Shown: piece by piece, positions 46,632 through 57,240 of the stretch
Layout: each line of letters starts with the position of its first letter
How positions within the stretch are numbered: the first letter of the stretch is position 1
NCBI GenBank assembly: GCA_052034235.1
Contig: JBPOIT010000005.1
Location: 49,698 to 113,697 of the forward strand
Length of the DNA stretch: 64,000 nt
From: Candidatus Levyibacteriota bacterium
Lineage (GTDB): Bacteria; Patescibacteriota; Microgenomatia; Levybacterales; UBA12049
Direction: 5' to 3'
Program-made: the position numbers and the translations under genes
The notes under the pieces: generated by a model
What the model saw: the letters and a program-made list of their open reading frames with translations, nothing else
Databases searched by the model: none
Told to the model about the DNA's origin: nothing

Positions 46632-47309
46632 ATGACAAAAGCTTTTATCTTTGACATGGACGGGGTTATCATTAATAGCGAGGAAGCATGGCATAGATAT
46701 CTTGATAACGTATGGAACGAACTCATAGGCCCTGAGACTGCAAGTGTTTTTCGTTTCCCTGTAGGTATGACTCCCTCAAGCATTTATAGCGAAGCGGTTA
46801 AGCACGGCTCGCAAGTATCGGAAGAACAATTTTATAAGCAATTTAATGAAATAGCAGAAAAAGTTTATAAAGAATCCCCATTTACAGGCGGTATTGATGA
46901 ACTTGGTAATTTTCTTGTTGATCGTGAATACAAAATTGGACTAGTTTCGTCATCACCAAAAGCCTGGATCGATAAAGTGCTTGAACGATTAAGCTTTAGA
47001 GATCATATTGCATCCATAGTTTCGATTAATGACAAACCTGAATTAAAGCCAAAACCACATCCTGGAAGTTACATAGAATCGATTGATCAGCTAGGAGCAA
47101 ATTCCGACACGACAATTATTCTTGAAGACTCAAATTCAGGCATACAAGCAGCAAAAGCAGCTGGAGCATTCACGATCGGACTGACTGCGCATTTACTCCC
47201 TGCGTATACACAACATGGAGCTGATATTTATGCGCATACTGTTGAAGACGTAAAAAAGATTGTGAGTGATTTTGACGATAAGATCATCAAAGATGCTTCT
47301 TCTTCATAG
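46632..47309 (+). CDS. HAD-IA hydrolase (beta-phosphoglucomutase-like)
   Basis: Motif I is FIFDMDGVII. EDSNSGIQAAKAAG is the motif III/IV region. Confidence 0.65.
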   Translation: MTKAFIFDMDGVIINSEEAWHRYLDNVWNELIGPETASVFRFPVGMTPSSIYSEAVKHGSQVSEEQFYKQFNEIAEKVYKESPFTGGIDELGNFLVDREYKIGLVSSSPKAWIDKVLERLSFRDHIASIVSINDKPELKPKPHPGSYIESIDQLGANSDTTIILEDSNSGIQAAKAAGAFTIGLTAHLLPAYTQHGADIYAHTVEDVKKIVSDFDDKIIKDASSS

Positions 47310-48132
47310 ACTTTTTTTTCTTCAACTTTGTAAATCTATAATGAACTCTTCTATCTGAACGCAATATCCAATAAGCTGTCATAACAATCCAAACAAGAAA
47401 AGCCAACACCGGAAGTTTTTGTATGATGCCTACATACTGTGGCATATTAAATACAGCAAATAACGCACTTGTTAAACCTGCTACAAGTATTATCATACTT
47501 ATGACAAATGAATATTTAGAAGCATTATTAAGGTTTTTGTTTGAAGAGAAACTATAGCTAAAAAGCCATAAAGCAATAACCGTGAATGAGGCTGTGAGAA
47601 GTACGATAATGATATGTGCATGACCGTTTGTTGAACGTGAGAGTTGCAGGGCATCCATGGGCACTACAATTAACAGCAGACTTGTGACTGCAGACATTGC
47701 TAAGTACAAAGCTCCAAGTCTTGCAAACATATTGTGCAACCGAAGCACAAGAACCACTGAAAAGAGTAATAAATTTACGTTATAAAGTCTGTACAAAGGA
47801 ACTGTAATATCCTCATAAAGTGAATAAGGCGATATGAGAAAACTTATTTCCTGAAAATACAATGTATGCAGAGAATTAAACAAACCTCCAAAAGTTACCA
47901 TTAAAAGAAAGACAATAACTGTTATGATCCCGTAGATGGCAATAAATATATTTTCGACTTTAATCATCTGTAAGAAATATTTAAGAAACGCGTAATAATA
48001 TAGTAGTATAAATAATTCTACATGACAAATGGCTCTGCAATGATGTATAGTTAAAAAAGAGCAAATATTTTTCGTACGTATGCACATAACGTACCTCGTA
48101 TTACTTGGACTTTCGGTTGTAATAAATAGCAT
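47287..48132 (-). CDS. Hypothetical polytopic membrane protein
   Basis: Hydrophobic throughout. Confidence 0.4.
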   Translation of the reverse strand: MLFITTESPSNTRYVMCIRTKNICSFLTIHHCRAICHVELFILLYYYAFLKYFLQMIKVENIFIAIYGIITVIVFLLMVTFGGLFNSLHTLYFQEISFLISPYSLYEDITVPLYRLYNVNLLLFSVVLVLRLHNMFARLGALYLAMSAVTSLLLIVVPMDALQLSRSTNGHAHIIIVLLTASFTVIALWLFSYSFSSNKNLNNASKYSFVISMIILVAGLTSALFAVFNMPQYVGIIQKLPVLAFLVWIVMTAYWILRSDRRVHYRFTKLKKKKSMKKKHL

Positions 48133-49825
48133 CTTACTCGTTATTTTCTACCGTCATTCTCAGAAAAACACGACAACCCTTTCATTATTTACACTTTTAG
48201 CGTTGGTAAACATTTGGTTTTTGCCGAAATTTCTCACAAACGCGTTTCATCCAACCAACGAGATATTTGAAAACTTAAGTAGAATTTCCGCCCTTGGGTA
48301 CATTTTTGTTCCATCTACTCTCCTTATATTTGCCCTTTCGTTCGGTTTTTATATTAATTTACTCCACAGACTATCATTCTGGCTGCTGCTTTATATTCCC
48401 CCTCTAATATTTTTATTTCTCTCATGGTCTTCTGACCTCGTTGGAGTACATTCGTATGAAACTGCTATGCGATATGCATGGGGTTATGAGACCCCTACAG
48501 GTCCATTATGGGGCTTTTATATGTTCTGGTATGACCTTATGGTACTTGCGTCAGTACTCGTTCTCACTCGGTATTACAAAACGATGATTGACCAGACAAA
48601 ACGAAAGCAAGCACTTTATTTTATATTCGCAATCACAATACCCTTAGCCATTAACACGTTTACTGTAGGTGTGCTTCCGATATTTGGTATTTTTCTCTTT
48701 CCGATCGGTCTCTTGCTTATTGATATTGTCACAGTTGTAGGGATAGCACTTATTATTAGATACAATTGGCTTGAAGTATCGCCATCAATCATTCTTTCAA
48801 ATTTGAACCAGGCAATATTAACAGTCGATACTAAGGGAAGAATTATTCAGACCAATCAATTCGCTGAAAAATTATTAAAACGTAATAATCTGGATATGAA
48901 AGGTACCTCACTGGAGAAAATATTAATTGTTAAAGACAACGACAAGAGAAAAAGTAATCACTGCATGCAGCTCGTGAACCTCGTGTTATCGCGTGGAAAA
49001 AGTATGACATTTGATTCGTTTTCAGTACTTCTCAACGGGAAACATGAATTCACTGATACAGTTTCAATAACACCAATTTATGAAGGCAATAGTGTCATTG
49101 GTGCCAATGTATTTCTCCAGGACACAAGAAAAGAAAAAGAACGGGAAAAATTAAAAGATGATTATTTCTCTATGCTTTTTCACGAATTAAAAAGCCCAAT
49201 GACAAGCATAAAAGCATATAATCAGGTATTAGCAGGAAGATTCAGTGATACAACCATTGAGAATAAAAGGCTTTTTATAAACATGGACAAACAACTGGAT
49301 AGATTGACGAGGCTTATAAACGATTTTTTCGAACTTTCCAAACTTCAGTCAGGAAAAATTACATTAAAGAAAGAATTTTTTGGTGTTGATGATTTTGTTC
49401 AGGATGTTATAGAAACGATGCAAATCACGCATAAAAAGCGAAAATTCATCCTTAAAGGACATTCCAATAGTGTTGTGTACGCTGACAAAGATAAAATTGA
49501 ACAAATCCTTCTCAATTTTATAACCAATGCATTGAAATTTTCTCCCGATGACGGAGAAATTATTATTCATCTAGCAGCCGATCCTTTAAAAGTCACCATT
49601 GGTGTGCAAGATTATGGAAAAGGAATTCACCCAAAATTTCACAAAAAAATCTTTGAACGATTTTTCCAAATCGAACAAAATGCAAAGCAAAAAAATGGAT
49701 TGGGCATTGGGCTTGCGATTACCAGTGCTATAGTCAAAGCACATGCTGGAAGAGTATGGGTTAACTCAAAATTAGGCAAGGGAAGCACTTTTTACTTCAC
49801 TCTCCCTGTCAGTAAATTCTCATGA
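48080..49825 (+). CDS. Sensor histidine kinase (multi-TM N-terminus, PAS, HisKA, HATPase_c)
   Basis: H-box FHELKSPMTSI. G-boxes DYGKGIHP and GLGIGLAITSAIVKAHAGRVWV. Confidence 0.7.
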   Translation: MHITYLVLLGLSVVINSILLVIFYRHSQKNTTTLSLFTLLALVNIWFLPKFLTNAFHPTNEIFENLSRISALGYIFVPSTLLIFALSFGFYINLLHRLSFWLLLYIPPLIFLFLSWSSDLVGVHSYETAMRYAWGYETPTGPLWGFYMFWYDLMVLASVLVLTRYYKTMIDQTKRKQALYFIFAITIPLAINTFTVGVLPIFGIFLFPIGLLLIDIVTVVGIALIIRYNWLEVSPSIILSNLNQAILTVDTKGRIIQTNQFAEKLLKRNNLDMKGTSLEKILIVKDNDKRKSNHCMQLVNLVLSRGKSMTFDSFSVLLNGKHEFTDTVSITPIYEGNSVIGANVFLQDTRKEKEREKLKDDYFSMLFHELKSPMTSIKAYNQVLAGRFSDTTIENKRLFINMDKQLDRLTRLINDFFELSKLQSGKITLKKEFFGVDDFVQDVIETMQITHKKRKFILKGHSNSVVYADKDKIEQILLNFITNALKFSPDDGEIIIHLAADPLKVTIGVQDYGKGIHPKFHKKIFERFFQIEQNAKQKNGLGIGLAITSAIVKAHAGRVWVNSKLGKGSTFYFTLPVSKFS

Positions 49826-51096
49826 AAATTGGTTTTTTTACAGACAGTTATCTTCCAACGCCTGATGGTGTCGCAACATCAGTCGAAGCAACTGCACGTG
49901 AATTGCAAAAGCTGGGACATGACATCTATATAATTGCGCCAAATCAACCACATGGAAAAGATAGAAAAAATATTATTAGACTGGTTTCTATCCAAATTAT
50001 CAAATCACCGGAAATAAGATGGGCACTCGAAGTTCCTCAACCTGAACTGTTCAAGATTGCTAACCTTGAATTTGATATCATTCATGGGCATTCAGGAGGA
50101 CCAATTTCAGTTTTAGGCTGGCAACTTGCTCATCTTCATAATTTACCTTTCATCGAGACATATCACACTTCGTGGGAACATTACCAACATTATTTCCCTC
50201 TTCCATTCCTTTTCAATGTCAAAATGATAAAGAAACTCAATGGTTTTTTTATCAATATTTGTGATGCAGCAATTGCACCTTCCTTAAAAGCAAAAAATGA
50301 ACTTCTACGGGACGGAGTAAAAAGACCCATCTTTATAGTGCCTACCGGCATTTCTCCTGATAAATTTGATCAAAAGCCAAAAGGTTATCTTCACGAAAAG
50401 CTCCATATTCCAAATAATAAAAAGATTATTTTAACTGTTGGCAGGTTACATAAAGAAAAGTCAATTGACTTTTTAATTAAAGCTTTTGCTTTAACTCATA
50501 AGACATGCCCTGATATAGTTCTTGTAATCATCGGCCGAGGCCCATTGAAATCAAAGCTTGAAGAGCTCGCTGCTTCTTTAAAAATTGCAGAATCTGTATA
50601 CTTTGCTGGTACTCTAGAGCCAAAGGATATGTCATACGCATATGCTGATTCAACGAGCTTTATTTTTGCATCAACTTCCGAGACACAAGGCCTTGTTGTG
50701 TATGAAGCTTTTGCCGCAGGATTACCTGTTGTAGCAGTTGAAGATGGTGCCTTTAAAAATGTCGTAGAAAACGACAAAAACGGGTATACGACAACAAAAG
50801 ATGAAGTACAATTTGCAGATAGACTTATCAGAATCTTAACACAAGCTGACCTTAAGAAAAGATTTAGTACGAACGCGAGAGAGGCTGCAAAACAATATTC
50901 TATAGAATCTACTTCACGAATTCTTGAACAAGTGTATAAAGAAGTACTATACATGCAAACACAAGAATCAACACGCAACAATTCAAAAAAATCTCAAACT
51001 ATGATTCGGTTATTTAAGGTCAAAAAACACATAAAAAGTGAATTTAAAAACCTCCAGGACCTAATTGACAATATAAAACCAGAAGTTTTAAAGTAA
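49822..51096 (+). CDS. Glycosyltransferase family 4 (GT-B)
   Basis: MKIGFFTDSYLPTPDGVATSV… and a C-terminal E-x7-E-like GT4 region. Confidence 0.7.
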   Translation: MKIGFFTDSYLPTPDGVATSVEATARELQKLGHDIYIIAPNQPHGKDRKNIIRLVSIQIIKSPEIRWALEVPQPELFKIANLEFDIIHGHSGGPISVLGWQLAHLHNLPFIETYHTSWEHYQHYFPLPFLFNVKMIKKLNGFFINICDAAIAPSLKAKNELLRDGVKRPIFIVPTGISPDKFDQKPKGYLHEKLHIPNNKKIILTVGRLHKEKSIDFLIKAFALTHKTCPDIVLVIIGRGPLKSKLEELAASLKIAESVYFAGTLEPKDMSYAYADSTSFIFASTSETQGLVVYEAFAAGLPVVAVEDGAFKNVVENDKNGYTTTKDEVQFADRLIRILTQADLKKRFSTNAREAAKQYSIESTSRILEQVYKEVLYMQTQESTRNNSKKSQTMIRLFKVKKHIKSEFKNLQDLIDNIKPEVLK

Positions 51097-51915
51097 AATT
51101 ACCCCTTGTTCTCGTTCTTGAATTTGCTTTTTTATAATTTTTATTAATTCCAGCTTAGAGACAATATCATCGAGTAATCTTCTTTCTGTATCTGCAAAAA
51201 TATCTTTATTCTTTTTCTTTGCAATTTCTATTTTTATCATCCAGTCAAACCATTCAGATTGATTTAGTTCTATTTTGATCCTATTTTGTTCTTCCAGATC
51301 TCTCATCAATTGCAATAAAGTTTCCTCTAAATTTTCAATTGATGTATCTTTTATTGAACTATTATCTTTTTCAATTTTTTGCAGTTGCTCTAAATCTCCT
51401 TCTTCATACGCTTTATTTATTTCCTTCATTATATTTGTTCTTTTACTTTTTTCTGCCATATTTTGTGTCAAATCAGGATGGAATTTAGCAATGAGTTTTT
51501 TCCAGAGTTTTTTCAGATCAGGTGTGATCAATGGTTTTTGCTCCTCTCTTTTAATATATATTTCTTCTTCAAATCGAATCCTCGCTTTTTCCTGATCAAA
51601 CTTCAACTGCTCAGCATAATATGTTTGTGTAATTTCTTCTACAGCCTGATCATATGTATGTCCTTCATCCATTAATTTTAAAATATTTTGTAAGCGAATG
51701 ATTTCTAAATCCAATGTGTTGTCTTTGAGAAATAGTGATCCAACTTTGACCATATATTCCTGCCGCGCCATATCCAAATTTACACGAAGCATTTCATTTG
51801 CAAGAATTGCCTGCTTTAATTCGAGACGTTTTTTTCTAATAACAAGAATTAGCTGCTTTCGCTTAAGATTTTCCTGTGTTTTTGAAATAACAATGGCGGT
51901 ATTTTTTTCTGACAT
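51088..51915 (-). CDS. J-domain (DnaJ-like) coiled-coil protein
   Basis: KFHPDL…KEINKAYEEGDL matches the J-domain HPD motif context. Confidence 0.45.
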   Translation of the reverse strand: MSEKNTAIVISKTQENLKRKQLILVIRKKRLELKQAILANEMLRVNLDMARQEYMVKVGSLFLKDNTLDLEIIRLQNILKLMDEGHTYDQAVEEITQTYYAEQLKFDQEKARIRFEEEIYIKREEQKPLITPDLKKLWKKLIAKFHPDLTQNMAEKSKRTNIMKEINKAYEEGDLEQLQKIEKDNSSIKDTSIENLEETLLQLMRDLEEQNRIKIELNQSEWFDWMIKIEIAKKKNKDIFADTERRLLDDIVSKLELIKIIKKQIQEREQGVILL

Positions 51916-51970
51916 AGATTATCAAGTTAACATCATACCATATAATTTTTGGGGGAACTGCATTGTGGGC

Positions 51971-52711
51971 TTATTTTGCAGTCAAACTGAATGTACAAGT
52001 GCGGCTTTGACCTGGTGTAAGCAGACTCTCTGGAGAACCAAAATAGTCTCCAAAAGGATCTTGTTCAACAGGTTCTATACAGACATATGTTTGGTCAATT
52101 TCCTTCGTTTGTGGATTTTTCCCAACCCACACGACTGCTTTTTTAAATCCCAGTTGATCCAAAGTATATTCCGGTTTACCTGGTATTTGAATAATATTTC
52201 TTTCTAATAGATCAATTGCAATTCCATCATAATTATTCTCAATAAGTTCTGAAATATCTTTTCCGTTGATTATAGTCCCTCTAAATCCCTGAGGTGCGTC
52301 AAAATAACAATGTTCACCGGTGTTGAGGGCTGCTGTCTCTTCTCCGTTATTTGTATGTGTCATTTCAAAATAATAAACTCCATCTTCAATTTTCATTTTT
52401 TGTTTTATGAATAATCCCTTAGGAAACCCTTCATCAGTTAAATTATGAGTAATAACTATTTGATTATTTTGTTCTTCAACATCACACTTTTCATTTCGCA
52501 TGTTTCCATGCTGATTCAATCCATAGATATTTTTTCTATCAGGACCGAAAATTGGAGTACAAGGATGTGTTATACCATGTTTGCCATCACCTCGGATAAA
52601 ATCCCCCAGGATTATGTTTCCGGAAAGAGTCAGGAATGTTTTAGCACCCTGTTCATATACTTCAAGTTCATTGTTCGTATCAGTGATAATTTGAAAAAAC
52701 TTTTCGTTCAT
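51971..52711 (-). CDS. Aldose 1-epimerase-family protein (hexose-6-phosphate mutarotase-like)
   Basis: HPCTPIFGP…NQHGNMRN resembles the YeaD HGFAR motif region. Confidence 0.45.
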   Translation of the reverse strand: MNEKFFQIITDTNNELEVYEQGAKTFLTLSGNIILGDFIRGDGKHGITHPCTPIFGPDRKNIYGLNQHGNMRNEKCDVEEQNNQIVITHNLTDEGFPKGLFIKQKMKIEDGVYYFEMTHTNNGEETAALNTGEHCYFDAPQGFRGTIINGKDISELIENNYDGIAIDLLERNIIQIPGKPEYTLDQLGFKKAVVWVGKNPQTKEIDQTYVCIEPVEQDPFGDYFGSPESLLTPGQSRTCTFSLTAK

Positions 52712-52771
52712 TTATGAAATTGTAGCACATTATTAATTATTGCTTAATATCTTTGAGCAGATTAAAAGTAT

Positions 52772-55480
52772 TTATTTAGTAATGAGGGCTTTGAGTATCT
52801 CAATTTCTGCTTTTAATTCGTCAATTTGTTTTTGTTGTTCTTTTGTTGACTCAACAAGTACTGCTGTCATTTTTTCGTAGTCAACTGATTTGGTTCCGTT
52901 TGCATCTGTTTTTACTACTTCTGGGAATAGTTCTTCAAGATCCTGAGCAATAAATCCTATATTTTTACCTTCTCCAGGTGCACTTTCTGTGTCTTTTAGT
53001 AAGTCATAACGTACACCTTGAGCTTTCAAAACTCTTGGCAAGACATTTGTTATGTCAGTGATATTGGTTTTTAGTCTTCTATCTGAAGGTGTACCTGAAC
53101 ATTTAACAACATTATCAGATGCATCTATACATAGTGCATCTGCAGTTGCAGTTGTAAGTCCATTGATAACTAAGAATGAATCAGTATCAGTTACAACTGT
53201 AACATCGTTTGTACTACTTGGAGAAAGTGTTGAGGAACCATTGGTCGTAAGTGTCCCTATAGAGATAGAGTTGGCCGTTAAAGTTCCGTTTGTTTGTACG
53301 TTGCCATTCGAACCATTGATAGACCAATTTGTGCCTACAACATCATTCGCACCTACAGAGAGAGCTGCACCAATTTCAGCATCTGAAACATCTATTGCTG
53401 TATTGATTCCTCCACTTTCAGATTGGACTTTTAAACCAACTGGGAGAGTTTCATCTGTATCTAAATTGTCAATTGCAATGAGTTGTGAAGGTGTATTTAC
53501 CCCAGCTCCATTCTGTAGATTAAAAGCCGTGTAGCCGGTAGCACCACTTGCAGTATTAACATTTACATTAGAATCTGTTGTAGTGTCGCTTAATGTATAT
53601 GTTATATCTCTAGCATTTGTAGTACTTATTGTGTTGCCTGTATTATAAGAATCCTGAAGAGATCCGCCACCGCCTGAGGATGCACATAATATTAATTGAC
53701 TTGTGCCGTCAATACATAAAGCTGTACCTGATGCACTTGATAAACCATTTATTATTACTGCAGAATCACCATCAGTACTAAAAATTACATCATTTGTGCT
53801 ATTTGGTGAGAATACTGTATTGCCATTTGCTGTAAAGGCTTCACCTGCGACAACATTGAATCCACCATTGGCTGTTAAATTATTATTTACTGTTGTTGTT
53901 CCAACTCCTGAACCAAGATTAAGACTAGCTGCTGCTCCCCCAAGATTTATAGTCGTTGCATTCGTATTAAAAAGATTTGCTGTTGATGATGTTGTTATAA
54001 GATCACCACCGTTTACCGACAAATCACTTGCAGCTGTTACATTGCCGCTTAATGTACTTGTTCCCTGAACAACGAGGGTTCCATCACTTTGAATATTTCC
54101 GGTATCACTTATCGTCACACCTGTTAAACCGTAACCGCCTCCTATTGAAGTAGCATACATACTTACAGTCGCATTGTTAGCATTAATGTTAAATGCATTT
54201 GGGAAACTTACCGTGTTATTTCTCATAGTTACACTTCCACCATTTGCACCTATTGAAACACTCGTGGCTGCTCCTCCCAGATTGAGTGTGGTTACACTGC
54301 TGTTGAGAATATTAGCTGTAGCGGCAGTTGATGTAATATCTCCACCGCCAACTGAAACATCTCCACTTGTCTGAATATTACCACTAGCACCATTGATAGC
54401 CCAATTTGTGCCGTTGAGATCGTTTGATCCGGCTGAAAGTGCATTTACAATGTCTGCATCTGAAGCATCAACTGCATTCGTTAAGCCACCAGCTTGTACA
54501 TTAAATGCTAACCCATTTGGCACAGATTGGTTTGTATCAAGATTTTCGAGTCTTAATAGTTGTGAAGGTAATTCTATATTTGCATTATCATTGCGGGTAA
54601 TTGCGACTGTGTTATCTGACGCAATATAGACTCTAAAATCACTATCAGTTACTGTATCTTCAAGACCAAATTGAATATCCCGGCTGTCAGTGGTTGTTAT
54701 ACCATTCCCAATATCATAAACTGTTTGCAATGTACCACCCCCACCTGATGCTGCGCATTTAATTAACTGGTCAGAACCATTGACACAGAGTGCATCTCCG
54801 GATGAGGTAACCAAACCTGGTAAATTGACTGTTGAGTCAGTATCGGAATTTATCGTGACATCATTGGTACCTGAAGGGCTAAAGTTGCTACTACCAGAAG
54901 CTGTAAATGTATTATTCACATTGACGACATTATTAGTTGTAACTGAATTATTTGCGACAATTGGCCCATTAGCAGTCATTGTGCCAGTTGTTGTAAGTGT
55001 TCCACTGACATTCAAACTACCACTTAACGTTGTTAAACCAGTTCCCAAGAAGCTATATGTTGGATTTGTGGTTGTATTTCCAAATGAAATATTCTCAGTA
55101 GCGTTTGTTGTTTTAATTTGCAAATATTTTATTGCTCCCTGTTGGACATAAAATGCATTTGCGTTGTTATCTGCTGTACTTACTGCAACCGAAGTTCCGG
55201 ACAAAGAAGCGGCGTCTCCTCCGTCTCCTAAGTTAAGTATCCCATTTGCTGTGAGAGTTGAATTAAATGTTTGTGCACCTGTCCAAGTATTTGCATTTCC
55301 AGTATTTAGTTGAAGTTTGTATGGATTTGCGGCAGACCCAGCTCCTGTTCGTGTGAGTGTGGTATTAAATGTATCAACGACTTCGTTTCCGACATTTGCA
55401 TCAGCTGCATACGCCTGAACTGGGATAAAGACAGTAACGAGTGCAATAAGAAAATATATGGGCAGAGCTTTTAAAGACAT
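52772..55480 (-). CDS. Secreted tail-fibre-like adhesin with three ~130-aa repeats and a C-terminal peptidase S74 intramolecular-chaperone domain
   Basis: Signal peptide. T/N/G/S-rich beta-repeats. Three repeats each contain FSP(S/N)xTNDV…ALC(V/I)(N/D)…(K/L)C(A/S)…SGGGG. The C-terminus SDRRLKTNITDITNVLPRVLKAQGVRYDL…NIGFIAQDLEELFPEVV…VDYEKMTAVLVE matches the S74/endosialidase chaperone domain. Confidence 0.7.
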   Translation of the reverse strand: MSLKALPIYFLIALVTVFIPVQAYAADANVGNEVVDTFNTTLTRTGAGSAANPYKLQLNTGNANTWTGAQTFNSTLTANGILNLGDGGDAASLSGTSVAVSTADNNANAFYVQQGAIKYLQIKTTNATENISFGNTTTNPTYSFLGTGLTTLSGSLNVSGTLTTTGTMTANGPIVANNSVTTNNVVNVNNTFTASGSSNFSPSGTNDVTINSDTDSTVNLPGLVTSSGDALCVNGSDQLIKCAASGGGGTLQTVYDIGNGITTTDSRDIQFGLEDTVTDSDFRVYIASDNTVAITRNDNANIELPSQLLRLENLDTNQSVPNGLAFNVQAGGLTNAVDASDADIVNALSAGSNDLNGTNWAINGASGNIQTSGDVSVGGGDITSTAATANILNSSVTTLNLGGAATSVSIGANGGSVTMRNNTVSFPNAFNINANNATVSMYATSIGGGYGLTGVTISDTGNIQSDGTLVVQGTSTLSGNVTAASDLSVNGGDLITTSSTANLFNTNATTINLGGAAASLNLGSGVGTTTVNNNLTANGGFNVVAGEAFTANGNTVFSPNSTNDVIFSTDGDSAVIINGLSSASGTALCIDGTSQLILCASSGGGGSLQDSYNTGNTISTTNARDITYTLSDTTTDSNVNVNTASGATGYTAFNLQNGAGVNTPSQLIAIDNLDTDETLPVGLKVQSESGGINTAIDVSDAEIGAALSVGANDVVGTNWSINGSNGNVQTNGTLTANSISIGTLTTNGSSTLSPSSTNDVTVVTDTDSFLVINGLTTATADALCIDASDNVVKCSGTPSDRRLKTNITDITNVLPRVLKAQGVRYDLLKDTESAPGEGKNIGFIAQDLEELFPEVVKTDANGTKSVDYEKMTAVLVESTKEQQKQIDELKAEIEILKALITK

Positions 55481-55589
55481 AGACAGAATCTCTTCTATAA
55501 TAATTAGATCACTTCAAAAAACCTCTGTCAATCACCTCTTTAATATGGGGTCAAAAGTATTAAAAACTTCTGAAATCTACTTTAAACAC

Positions 55590-55622
55590 AAAAAAGCTCC
55601 TTTTGGGAGCTTTATTGTTTTT
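55590..55622. terminator. Rho-independent terminator hairpin flanked by A- and T-runs (bidirectional)
   Basis: The sequence reads AAAAAAGCTCC-TTTTG-GGAGCTTTATTGTTTTT. Confidence 0.55.
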
Positions 55623-55708
55623 AGTGACCCCAAAGCGTGTCTATTCAAACGATCTTTAGCATATTGGGATCATTTAAGGAAAATTCTTGAGACTTAAATA
55701 TACTAGAA

Positions 55709-55978
55709 TTAACTCCCTATTTGTTGTTTCAAATGATCCATAATCCACATTCGCGCAAGTGTAGTAGGTCCTATTCCTTTCTCCTGTGCTATCTCTCGGA
55801 TTTTATTTAATGTTGGTTCGTCAAATCGGATAGTTATGCCCTCTGAAAGATTCTTTGCAAATCTAGCCTTTACAGTTTTGAATTCATGTTGGTAATCTGC
55901 CATATCATGCGTTTCGAACCAAAGAGCTTCCTCTTCTCGATTTTTAAATTCTGGAATAGTTTTTTGTTTTTGTGTCAT
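55709..55978 (-). CDS. brnA: BrnA antitoxin (CopG/RHH-like)
   Basis: 89-aa protein downstream of BrnT. It shows the conserved BrnA C-terminal helix. Confidence 0.55.
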   Translation of the reverse strand: MTQKQKTIPEFKNREEEALWFETHDMADYQHEFKTVKARFAKNLSEGITIRFDEPTLNKIREIAQEKGIGPTTLARMWIMDHLKQQIGS

Positions 55979-55984
55979 TTTACT

Positions 55985-56263
55985 TCACCCCCCTTTTTCT
56001 AGTTTATATATTCTTTGTTCTTTTTTACTTGCATGTCGAGCAGTTACAGGATAATAAATACCCCTCTCTTCCTCTGCATCAAGTATAACTGCAATAAGCT
56101 TTTTATTATTTGTTAGTCCTATGACAAGTAATCTTCCCTTTTTGCCTTCCTGTACTAATGCATTATTATGACAAATAAATTCTACTTCCTCAGGTACAAT
56201 GTCATGCCTAGCTATATGCGCAATATTCCATGAATCCCAGATAAGTTTCTTAATATCTAGCAC
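55985..56263 (-). CDS. brnT: BrnT toxin (RelE-fold ribonuclease, DUF497)
   Basis: 92 aa. Sequence WDSWNIAHIARHDI…LLVIGLTNNKKLIAVIL. Confidence 0.55.
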   Translation of the reverse strand: MLDIKKLIWDSWNIAHIARHDIVPEEVEFICHNNALVQEGKKGRLLVIGLTNNKKLIAVILDAEEERGIYYPVTARHASKKEQRIYKLEKGG

Positions 56264-56504
56264 AATTCTATTGTAACACGATGCGTTACAATGTCAATTG
56301 CAAGTTAACTCGTTCGAAATGAATATAAGGGTATATAAATTGCGGGGATTTGCAATTCTAAATAGGCTGATATATCAACCTATTTAGAATTACTTAAAAA
56401 GCTTTCCACTTAGTGAACTCAACGCCAATGTCTTCGAAACATTTTTGCCTTGGATATATAATTTAATGGAGGCTTATTAACGAAAAAGTAGTTTGATTAA
56501 AAAG

Positions 56505-56843
56505 CTATAAAGTATTTTTTATTGTTTCTATTTGCTCTTTAAGCGATGGAATTTTTTGTGTTATTGTTTTCCATACAATATCTTCATCTACTTCTGTATA
56601 TTGATGAATGAGTATATCTCTCATACCTGCCATCTCCTTCCATGGGATATTTGGATGTTTTTGTTTAAAATCGTCAGGTATTCTCTTTGTTGCTTCACCT
56701 ATAATCTCAAGTTTTCTTTCAACAAATCCTTGAAGTAATTCTGAATCCTTAAATTTTTCTTTTGTAATTCCTTCTATTTGAGTTTGAATCGAGGTAATTG
56801 CTTCAGATATATGAGTTATATACAATATGGGATTCTTCGTCAT
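56505..56843 (-). CDS. hepT: HepT toxin (DUF86, nucleotidyltransferase substrate-binding)
   Basis: Rx4HxY motif RDILIHQY. The gene overlaps mntA by 4 nt. Confidence 0.65.
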   Translation of the reverse strand: MTKNPILYITHISEAITSIQTQIEGITKEKFKDSELLQGFVERKLEIIGEATKRIPDDFKQKHPNIPWKEMAGMRDILIHQYTEVDEDIVWKTITQKIPSLKEQIETIKNTL

Positions 56844-57130
56844 AGAAGTAGATATTGATTATTCAAAACAGAATCCTTAATGATTGGAGAAATACTCTTA
56901 TATGTAACAATATCTACCTTCTTATTTAGTTCTTCTTCAAGACTAATCTTTAATCCTCCTAATTCAAAAAGTGTTGCACTATCTGGTAGTTCAACAAGAA
57001 TATCAATATCACTTTCTTCAGTGTTATCACCTCTTACATAAGAGCCAAATAATGCTGCTTTCTTTATATCGGCTTGCCTTAATAACGGAAGCGCTTTCTT
57101 TTTAATTTCTTCCAAAATAGCTTTATTCAT
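56840..57130 (-). CDS. mntA: MntA antitoxin (minimal nucleotidyltransferase)
   Basis: LFGSYVRGDNTEESDIDILV matches the GSx9-13DxD signature. Confidence 0.65.
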   Translation of the reverse strand: MNKAILEEIKKKALPLLRQADIKKAALFGSYVRGDNTEESDIDILVELPDSATLFELGGLKISLEEELNKKVDIVTYKSISPIIKDSVLNNQYLLL

Positions 57131-57240
57131 ACAGATATAATACCTTCAAACGTTATTTGAGTCAAGGTTATAATTAACTGTTTCGAATCCCGTTGGGATT
57201 GATATAGTTTAATATATATTTTTAAAGCTATTTCGTTCGG

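Noticed and set aside
53052-55151. Several 60-160 aa + strand ORFs inside the tail-fibre gene
   Set aside because: They are antisense to a long, domain-supported ORF. The compositionally biased repeats keep the other frames open.
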